Positions 57,135-63,929 of a stretch of DNA of 63,929 nt are shown piece after piece (the first letter of the stretch is position 1; each line of letters starts with the position of its first letter). A program made the translations under genes and the position numbers. Location of the stretch: positions 1-63,929 of the IMG/VR virus record IMGVR_UViG_3300034117_000797, one strand, 5' to 3'. The DNA is from a virus. Its lineage: Duplodnaviria; Caudoviricetes. The notes below the pieces were generated by a model that saw nothing but the letters and a program-made list of their open reading frames with translations, made no database searches and was not told where the DNA came from.

Positions 57135-59184
57135 GCACCTTACCTGTATCCCTATCAACTCTTGCTCTTTTCATTCTGTAGTTTGTCTCTTTACATTGAA
57201 CAAATCTCACAACAACCTTCTTATCTGTACCTTCTCCCTTTATATTCTCTGGCTCATACTTCGCATGTGATACAGCATTGATATATGCAAACGTAATGGC
57301 AAATATGGCATCATCATAATCGTATCGTGAATCGGCAGCTTGGTATCTTGTCTGTCTATGACTATTCGTAGACTTCAAATCTTTCTCAACAAACGTCTTT
57401 AATTGCTCCCACAACCATGGAACGTCAATGTTTGGTCCATACGCATCAATCATCTCCTCTGTTTTAGCCATGATACGTGGCGCTGTGTTAGTTTTATTTG
57501 ATATTCCGAACCATTTACCACCAAATGTCTGTAAGTAGTCAGGAAGCTGAGCATTTGCAGTGAATTTATTCTTGAATCCATGTATTTCCTGGAAGTCGAC
57601 GTGCATATCGCCAATGTTATTCTCCACAAGTTCCTTTACGCCACCTCTTTTCTGTTGGTCGTAGTACAAACTCTGCAATAACACTTGAAGATAGGTGTAC
57701 TTAAACTTCTTATCACGGTGAAATACCACAGACGACACACAATTTGTGTATGAATCCCATATTGCGCTACACATCATGGAGTGTCCTGTTTCTGAGTTGA
57801 TGGGGTCAGTCCCTTGATACCAACGATTCTTCCATATCTCCCCCTCAGGTGGGTGGTGTATGATAATAGCTGACGTTGATACATCTTCTCGTGCCTCAGT
57901 TTTTACCCATCTCGCTCCAATAATCTTAAAATCAGTAATGAGGTCAGGAGTTGGCTGAGACATGTCAAGGATTGGTTCAAAATATCCATATTCAATAGGA
58001 ACATCTTTTCCATATATTTCATTTAGTCGCATGTTGCACATGTGAATTGGGTACAGCGTGCGTGATTTTCTGATGAACATGTCATCTATAGTGATAGGGT
58101 AGTGTTGGTGGAACTGTACCTTGGCTGTTTCACCCTTCTTTGTACCCTCTAATGCTAGATATGCCTTACGCTCGTTCTGAATATGATGGTCTGTAACACC
58201 TCTTCTTGCGTATGCATTGAAGAATATCGGTATAATTCCGTACTGATAGTTTTTTTCTCTCCATTGTTTAAGACACATCTTGAACTCTGACTCGAATACA
58301 GAACCACCCTTGTCCATTTCACCTCCCGTTCCCCAAGCGATGAACTGCTGTTGCATAGTCATTTTGCCTGTTTCTGGGTTAAACTTGAACAATGCAGGTC
58401 GACCTTCACGCATCATCTCACCGAAAATCTCGAATAGACCAATCTCATCCACAAACACTTTAGATGGAGAACCCCCGTTGATTGCATCTACGGCAGGAGT
58501 ATCTACTTGGAAGCGTGAACCACCACCTTCGTCACGACCTTTTCTGTCTCCCTTCTTATCAAAGTTCATGATTTGGTCAGTCCAGTTCTTAACTTCCTGC
58601 GCCATGTAATCAGGAATCTTAGTGTATGTCCACTTTACCTTATCACGGAAGATTTCTATACCCTTGTCTTTTGAGTGGGTAACGAACTTGATGAATAATG
58701 ATTTGTTTAGATTAGCGCTTTTCATTCCTGCAAGACACATGGTAGTGGTAAAACCAATCTGACGGGCCTTACCAATCATCATGGAATATCCGCAGTCGTA
58801 TAAGAATAGAAGAACCTTTTGTGCGTCCCAAGCTCTGTATGGTAACATACCATTCTCGGCACGGTCTTCTTTTATGAATCCATATTTGTTACAGAAGTAA
58901 AGAGTGTTGTCTTTACAGCGTTGAATTTCCGTGAAGAGCCAATCCATTTGGTCTTCTTCATTGTCGTAATCCAGTATCGCAGATGTATCCTCCATCCAGA
59001 GGTCTGCTTGTTTGCAATATAAGTCAAAGGGCTTGAACTTCAATTTGTTTTGCCACCCCGAGTTAATACTGTCTATCCAATCAACAAACTCTTTTGGATA
59101 TTCAAACTCTTCGTGGTTTGGCTTCCACTCCTGTGTAAGCACGCCCTTTGAACCAATATTGTCTTGAAATAAATCAAAACCCAT
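57118..59184 (-). CDS. terL: Terminase large subunit
   Basis: KARQIGFTT Walker A, VFVDEIG Walker B, GTGG coupling motif, GTDP and YDDA nuclease motifs. Confidence 0.92.
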   Translation of the reverse strand: MGFDLFQDNIGSKGVLTQEWKPNHEEFEYPKEFVDWIDSINSGWQNKLKFKPFDLYCKQADLWMEDTSAILDYDNEEDQMDWLFTEIQRCKDNTLYFCNKYGFIKEDRAENGMLPYRAWDAQKVLLFLYDCGYSMMIGKARQIGFTTTMCLAGMKSANLNKSLFIKFVTHSKDKGIEIFRDKVKWTYTKIPDYMAQEVKNWTDQIMNFDKKGDRKGRDEGGGSRFQVDTPAVDAINGGSPSKVFVDEIGLFEIFGEMMREGRPALFKFNPETGKMTMQQQFIAWGTGGEMDKGGSVFESEFKMCLKQWREKNYQYGIIPIFFNAYARRGVTDHHIQNERKAYLALEGTKKGETAKVQFHQHYPITIDDMFIRKSRTLYPIHMCNMRLNEIYGKDVPIEYGYFEPILDMSQPTPDLITDFKIIGARWVKTEAREDVSTSAIIIHHPPEGEIWKNRWYQGTDPINSETGHSMMCSAIWDSYTNCVSSVVFHRDKKFKYTYLQVLLQSLYYDQQKRGGVKELVENNIGDMHVDFQEIHGFKNKFTANAQLPDYLQTFGGKWFGISNKTNTAPRIMAKTEEMIDAYGPNIDVPWLWEQLKTFVEKDLKSTNSHRQTRYQAADSRYDYDDAIFAITFAYINAVSHAKYEPENIKGEGTDKKVVVRFVQCKETNYRMKRARVDRDTGKVLKILD

Positions 59185-59199
59185 ATGGTCTATTTTATT

Positions 59200-59784
59200 T
59201 TATCTTGTTTGGCATTGCCCTTCTTTACAAACCATAACGTCTTTGTTTCGGCTTGTTGGTCCAGATGCATCAGCCATAGCTCTTCTACGACCTTTGTTTT
59301 GTTGTACGTTTAATTTTGCTTGGTTAATAGCATCACCAACCTTACGAACAGCTGATTCAGCTTTGTACAATAATGGGTTAGAGTATTTACCAAAACGACG
59401 CTCACCAGGTTGTCTTTTTGCATAGTACTGTCCTTTTCCTGCTTTGCTTTCTGCTTGTTCGCTGTTGTTTTCGCTTCCAGAAATCCCTTTGATAGTTCCA
59501 TCATAACCGTATTTGTCTGCTTTTCGATTATCTCTACGAGCTTCTCTTCGGTCTTGACGCATATCTCTTCGGTCTTCTCTTCGCTCTTGACGGTCTTCAC
59601 GATTAGAAGCAATATTACTTTTAAGGCTTCGGATTTCACGTTTAACATCACCAGCAAAATTGTGGAGCTTGTTACCTACTTTTCTTTTAATTTCTTTTGC
59701 TTTCTTTTTGATTCGCTTGCCAAGGTATCCGTTACCTGGCCCGCCTGACGCTTGATTAAGCGACATTTTTTCCATTAGTGCCAT
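59200..59784 (-). CDS. Highly basic low-complexity protein
   Basis: K/R-rich with REDR repeats. Confidence 0.7.
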   Translation of the reverse strand: MALMEKMSLNQASGGPGNGYLGKRIKKKAKEIKRKVGNKLHNFAGDVKREIRSLKSNIASNREDRQERREDRRDMRQDRREARRDNRKADKYGYDGTIKGISGSENNSEQAESKAGKGQYYAKRQPGERRFGKYSNPLLYKAESAVRKVGDAINQAKLNVQQNKGRRRAMADASGPTSRNKDVMVCKEGQCQTR

Positions 59785-59785
59785 T

Positions 59786-60040
59786 TTACTTCTTTTTTGA
59801 TTTTTTACTACGGTTAATTGCTGTATTTAGCTTTGACTTAACATCAGACCCTGGAGTCTTAAACATTGCATCAAGATTTTTGTCAATCAGTCTGCCTTGG
59901 AACGCAAGACCATTGCTCTTTCTGTTGTAATCCACATATTCATCCGTAGAGTACTTAGGCATAGGCGGCTTTACCTCGTCCTTGAACGAGGATTTAGGAG
60001 CCGAACATGTGAAGTCTATAGGTTTAATCTTGCGTGGCAT
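59786..60040 (-). CDS. Small basic protein
   Basis: 84 aa, coupled. Confidence 0.7.
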   Translation of the reverse strand: MPRKIKPIDFTCSAPKSSFKDEVKPPMPKYSTDEYVDYNRKSNGLAFQGRLIDKNLDAMFKTPGSDVKSKLNTAINRSKKSKKK

Positions 60041-60453
60041 TATCCTTTCTTTTTTCCTACAACTTTGCTGTACGCTTTTTGCAACTTGCCTTTAACAGAT
60101 GCAACTGTCTCACGAAGATTCTTGCGTGGACCACTCTTAGACATTGATTTGCCAACCTGTGCCATTGACATTTGAGGAGTGTTAGACTTTACTCGTTCAG
60201 ACGGCAAATTAGTTTTGATTGATTCAGCTTTCTTTGGAGCCATTTTAGGTACGGCTCCTCTTCTCTGAAGTCTTGGATTATCGTTTTTCATATCCTCAAG
60301 GTTCATTTTATTTTTAGTAACGCCTGGAAGATTACCCATTTTATTGAAGAATTCTTCATTATATTTCTTCTGATACTCGGCTGCTGTAGACGGTTTTTCT
60401 TGTCTAGGCATGTTGAACTCTCTTCTTTGAATTTTTCCTGCACTTTTTCCCAT
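60040..60453 (-). CDS. Small basic protein (MGKSAGKI)
   Basis: K-rich, coupled. Confidence 0.7.
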   Translation of the reverse strand: MGKSAGKIQRREFNMPRQEKPSTAAEYQKKYNEEFFNKMGNLPGVTKNKMNLEDMKNDNPRLQRRGAVPKMAPKKAESIKTNLPSERVKSNTPQMSMAQVGKSMSKSGPRKNLRETVASVKGKLQKAYSKVVGKKKG

Positions 60454-60463
60454 GACTGTTTTT

Positions 60464-60889
60464 TTATTTGTTTTTTCTTGCAGCTCTTCTTGCTAAGATG
60501 TCGCTATCAGGGCCTTGCTTAGTAACCTTAATTTTCTTACCAGAAGCATCTCTATCTACGATACGTTGACGCTTAAGGTCTCCACCTGTTGTGTACACGT
60601 CAACAATTTTGCGTGACCCAAGCTCAGGGTTTTTCACCTTAACTACAGAGCGCTTTCCAACTTTCTCTGTTCCCGTGAATGTCTTACCATCCATCTCCAT
60701 AGAGATTGTTTTTCTTTTTGTAGCCTTGTTGTACAAGTTCTTAATTTTCTCAGAAACCTCTTTAGCTTTACCTAAGCCTTTAGCTATCTTTCCTACAATA
60801 GGAGATTTGCTGTTTCTTTTTCCTTTGTCGCCACCATTACCTTCGTTGTCGGCGAACATCATTGTTTTTTTTCTTGGAAAAGTTCCCAT
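60464..60889 (-). CDS. Small basic protein
   Basis: K/R-rich, 141 aa. Confidence 0.7.
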   Translation of the reverse strand: MGTFPRKKTMMFADNEGNGGDKGKRNSKSPIVGKIAKGLGKAKEVSEKIKNLYNKATKRKTISMEMDGKTFTGTEKVGKRSVVKVKNPELGSRKIVDVYTTGGDLKRQRIVDRDASGKKIKVTKQGPDSDILARRAARKNK

Positions 60890-60892
60890 AAT

Positions 60893-61072
60893 TTATTCGT
60901 ATTTATTTTTTGTTTTGAAAATTTTCTTCCCGCCAGAAGCCTTACCATATTTATTTGCGTCTGTATCTACAGATACATTCTTTTCAGCATAAGCGCCGAA
61001 TTTCTTAGGGCTATTAGCTGCACCGCCATATACACGGTTTCCCTTCTGAATTAAGTGATTACAATTATCCAT
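60893..61072 (-). CDS. Small basic protein (59 aa, MDNCNHLIQKG..., not in the ORF track)
   Basis: Fills the gap exactly, 3 nt from both neighbours. Confidence 0.65.
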   Translation of the reverse strand: MDNCNHLIQKGNRVYGGAANSPKKFGAYAEKNVSVDTDANKYGKASGGKKIFKTKNKYE

Positions 61073-61075
61073 AAT

Positions 61076-61435
61076 TTATGAGCTTCTTTTTTTGAAAATT
61101 CCCGCTGGATTCAAAGACTTCTTTGTATTTAACACATTACCATCAGAATCAAATTGAGTCTTTATGTATGTTCTGTCTTTTTTGAATGGCCCTCCAGTTA
61201 CAATTTTTTCTACTCTGTAGACTTCTTTTCCATCTCTGCTTCTGGAGGTAGTTTTAACCTTCATATTAGGAGAGACTTTTTTCTTAGAAACAGAGCGTAC
61301 TAATTCAGCACGATTATTTGGATTACGATTAAACATTTTTTCGTAAGCCCCACGAATCTTTTGCTTCAATCCCTTTTTAGCAAATGCATCTGACTTTGGA
61401 GTTTCATCATCAATTTTACCTCTACTTTTTCCCAT
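61076..61435 (-). CDS. Small basic protein (MGKSRGKI)
   Basis: K/R-rich; N-terminus resembles 60040..60453. Confidence 0.7.
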   Translation of the reverse strand: MGKSRGKIDDETPKSDAFAKKGLKQKIRGAYEKMFNRNPNNRAELVRSVSKKKVSPNMKVKTTSRSRDGKEVYRVEKIVTGGPFKKDRTYIKTQFDSDGNVLNTKKSLNPAGIFKKRSS

Positions 61436-61438
61436 GAT

Positions 61439-61609
61439 TTATTTTTTACGAGTTGTGGCGAATCTCGCCTTTACATACAAGTCCCATATCTTTTTTTTTA
61501 GGACTTTATTGTCATTGGCATTGTTCCGTGCATCATCTGCATAGTCCTTGCGAATATCCTTATCCATACTGGCAACAGCATCGTAATATCTCTTATCCTT
61601 TGCGGCCAC
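61439..61609 (-). CDS. Small basic protein
   Basis: Likely GTG start at 61609 within track ORF 61439..61777. Confidence 0.5.
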   Translation of the reverse strand: MAAKDKRYYDAVASMDKDIRKDYADDARNNANDNKVLKKKIWDLYVKARFATTRKK

Positions 61610-61799
61610 GTTTTTTTCTTTTAGAAAGACGCTCTTCTTTAGCCTCTTGTTTCTTTCCCTCTTTCTTTTCATGACGAGCCATAGCTTTCTTAGAAGCATA
61701 CGTTTCTTCAGCCAACGAGCCTTTGTACTCTTTGACTTTTTTGCTACTGTAATCCTTCTTAAGCATCTTAGGGTCAATACCCATCATCTTTCCTAACAT
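61593..61799 (-). CDS. Small basic protein
   Basis: K/E-rich (RHEKKE); promoter element at 61816-61823. Confidence 0.7.
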   Translation of the reverse strand: MLGKMMGIDPKMLKKDYSSKKVKEYKGSLAEETYASKKAMARHEKKEGKKQEAKEERLSKRKKRGRKG

Positions 61800-61852
61800 A
61801 ATAGAATGTTTAGGACAAATGTAATGAATATATTTTTACGAACTTTTTTGAA

Positions 61853-61947
61853 TAAAAAAATGCCCCACCGAAGTAGGGCATCCCTTAAACATGAAAACCT
61901 AAAAAACCAAATATGCGAGAACAAATGCAATGAGGTTTACAAATATA
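61853..61947 (-). ncRNA. Putative ~85 nt small RNA
   Basis: TATATTTG promoter element (61940-61947), no ORF, then terminator ATGCCC-TACTTCGGTG-GGGCAT plus a T run. Confidence 0.55.
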
Positions 61948-61950
61948 CGA

Positions 61951-62835
61951 TTAAATTGGAAATTTTCTACTGTCTATTATTTTTGTTTTTAATTCTGAGC
62001 CATTTGACTGATTTCTTGCGCAGTGTATCTCCAAGATTCTACCTCCCAATGGCTTTGGTGGCGCACCTCTTTCAACGTGCCACCCACTAAATCCTTCACC
62101 GTATTCTTCTTTGTAAGTACCAGTAAGCATGAGGTGTATGTTCTTGTGTTTAACAACATACCCTGTCTTTGAGTGGAAGTAGATTGTTTCACGCACGTCA
62201 TTACGAGAAGAGTTTTCGTGTATATGTCCCATAGTAAATACATCCATATCCTCGTATGTTTCAAGCGCACGGGTCATGTTAATCGCCCCCTTGGTAACAA
62301 CACCGCCACCACCCGAGCCGTGGTAGTATTTAATCTTAGTAGATAGGGAAGTAGTAGTGCTTTCGCCAGGGAACTGATTGATGATAAGCCATCCACCATA
62401 TCCGCCAGTCTGTATATTCGACCCTGCCTTGTAGTTAAGCAAGTCAACGAATCGCTGTACAACGTCCGTCTCCTGCCACTTGATAATCCCCGTCTCGTGA
62501 TTACCGTATCCAATCACAGTTATTATGCGTGCATAAGGTTCAAACCAATCCACCGCAGTCTCAATCACAGAGTCAAGGTATCTAGCGTTGTTATGCTCAG
62601 GTCTGATATCACTTTTATTCCCACGTCTGTCGCCACGCCCCTGCATCAAACAGAATGTATCGCCATTCAGCATCACGGGGATTTCGTTTTCAAGGCAATA
62701 GTCAAGGTGACGTTTAAGTAGGTCTCTATCGCAATGAGGGTTATCCCAGTGTAAGTCCGAAAGCATAGCAATCCGAACTGTCATTCCATGCATCTGCATC
62801 TGATGTACGTTTCTGCTGTGGCGAGTTATCTCCAT
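61951..62835 (-). CDS. Calcineurin-like metallophosphoesterase
   Basis: SDLH, NGD, GNHE, HG, GHIH motifs. Confidence 0.9.
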   Translation of the reverse strand: MEITRHSRNVHQMQMHGMTVRIAMLSDLHWDNPHCDRDLLKRHLDYCLENEIPVMLNGDTFCLMQGRGDRRGNKSDIRPEHNNARYLDSVIETAVDWFEPYARIITVIGYGNHETGIIKWQETDVVQRFVDLLNYKAGSNIQTGGYGGWLIINQFPGESTTTSLSTKIKYYHGSGGGGVVTKGAINMTRALETYEDMDVFTMGHIHENSSRNDVRETIYFHSKTGYVVKHKNIHLMLTGTYKEEYGEGFSGWHVERGAPPKPLGGRILEIHCARNQSNGSELKTKIIDSRKFPI

Positions 62836-63386
62836 TAGAAAATGTTTATGAGTTTACTTTCGATGACATTAAGTTCATAATCCCTCTTGGGCATGTTATT
62901 AAATTCTTTGGTAGAGTAAAGCATCTTCTTCATCGTTCCCTTATAGAACACTGTTGGGTTAACCATGTAATCTCTCCTACCTTTTTCGACTGTAAATCTA
63001 AGGATATCTTTCTCACATAATTGTTTGATACTGCTGATGACATAATCTGTCTTCAACCCCATAGCATTTACAATATCCCTAATCCCATACTTCTTCAAAT
63101 GATTTCCATACGCCATGTTCTTCACGAAAAATCGCAACGTCCTAAATGCCGACGGCTTTAACTCGTCCTGTAAATCAAAGGTGTCTATGAAGGCAACGCA
63201 ATAACGAAGCTTCTTCTTCTTAAGCAACATTCCAATTAGCTCATCGGACTCGTCGCTGTACGCCTCTCCAATAGCTGCGAAGTTACCCTGCGCATCCTTG
63301 TAGTAAAGGTCAAGTTCCTTTCTCCTATAATACGCAATCCTATCGGCCTCCATTAAGACCAAGTCGTAAACAATGTGATTATCCAT
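62835..63386 (-). CDS. Winged-HTH DNA-binding protein (RepL-like)
   Basis: IRDIVNAMG....VISSIKQL.EKDI....YMVNP.VFYKG. Confidence 0.65.
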   Translation of the reverse strand: MDNHIVYDLVLMEADRIAYYRRKELDLYYKDAQGNFAAIGEAYSDESDELIGMLLKKKKLRYCVAFIDTFDLQDELKPSAFRTLRFFVKNMAYGNHLKKYGIRDIVNAMGLKTDYVISSIKQLCEKDILRFTVEKGRRDYMVNPTVFYKGTMKKMLYSTKEFNNMPKRDYELNVIESKLINIF

Positions 63387-63388
63387 AA

Positions 63389-63691
63389 CTATGCTTTTCG
63401 TTTCTCGATAATAACATCAACATTAAGCTTAATCTTCTTCAGATGAGAAAGGCTTTCTTTATGCCTCGTATGCTCATAGAAAATCAATCCGCTTAACGCT
63501 CTGCTAAACTCCGCAACATTCATGTCGCCCTTCATCTTGTTACACTGACCGCAACAAGGTACCTTATTGTCATTGCTTAACTTACCGCCACGACTCTTGG
63601 GATATAGATGGTCTACAGTTCTTGAGTAGTCATCCAACGTGGTCTTACAATAAGCGCAAACACTAAGGTCTACACCACTTTTCGTAATCAT
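63389..63691 (-). CDS. HNH endonuclease
   Basis: CAYC..TVDHLYPKSRGG...N.VPCC..CN..K; start is likely 63691 because the promoter element TATCTTTG lies at 63711-63718. Confidence 0.9.
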   Translation of the reverse strand: MITKSGVDLSVCAYCKTTLDDYSRTVDHLYPKSRGGKLSNDNKVPCCGQCNKMKGDMNVAEFSRALSGLIFYEHTRHKESLSHLKKIKLNVDVIIEKRKA

Positions 63692-63765
63692 AATAATACA
63701 TTTTATATAACAAAGATACACCTTTTCTTGTTACCACTAACCCCTAGAACAGTCTGTACCCCCTT

Positions 63766-63892
63766 TTGGCAATACCAATTCCTTAATAACCAACTACTTA
63801 ACATTCTTAATCCCTATAAGTGTTCCTCTGCTATACGGGGTGCATGCGACTACGCCTGTGGGAGCGACCCCCTTTTCCATATCCCTCCACCT
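63766..63892. repeat. Terminal direct repeat, copy 2
   Basis: Identical to 1-127. Confidence 0.95.
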
Positions 63893-63929
63893 TTATATCT
63901 ACGCCTGGTGGTACCCACCCATAGTACTA

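Overview
The window looks like an essentially complete ~63.8 kb dsDNA phage genome. Bases 1-127 recur exactly at 63766-63892. The host is probably a Bacteroidota (Flavobacteria-type) bacterium: there are many TAnnTTTG promoters, and translation starts are A-rich without a Shine-Dalgarno motif. The + strand from ~1-20.2 kb carries early/middle genes: many small hypotheticals, a gamma-glutamylcyclotransferase / COOH-NH2 amidoligase / class II glutamine amidotransferase operon, Sak/Rad52, a DnaA-CTD-like protein, DnaB, nucleases, a MazG-like enzyme, SSB and an ncRNA cassette with two aberrant tRNA-like genes. The - strand from ~20.3-63.7 kb carries the lysis cassette, tail/fibre proteins, giant internal virion proteins, a ferritin, a crAss-like muzzle/ring/capsid/portal/terminase module, basic small proteins, a metallophosphoesterase and an HNH nuclease. 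I could not recognise a DNA polymerase, primase, integrase or RNA polymerase. The most striking unexplained signals are non-coding: two sequence-different but structurally identical promoter / three-hairpin / terminator leaders with complementary kissing loops, two putative sRNAs built from anti-start-codon sequence, and two tRNA-like RNAs with intact bodies but disrupted anticodon arms. All family assignments come from motif recognition by eye, not from database searches.
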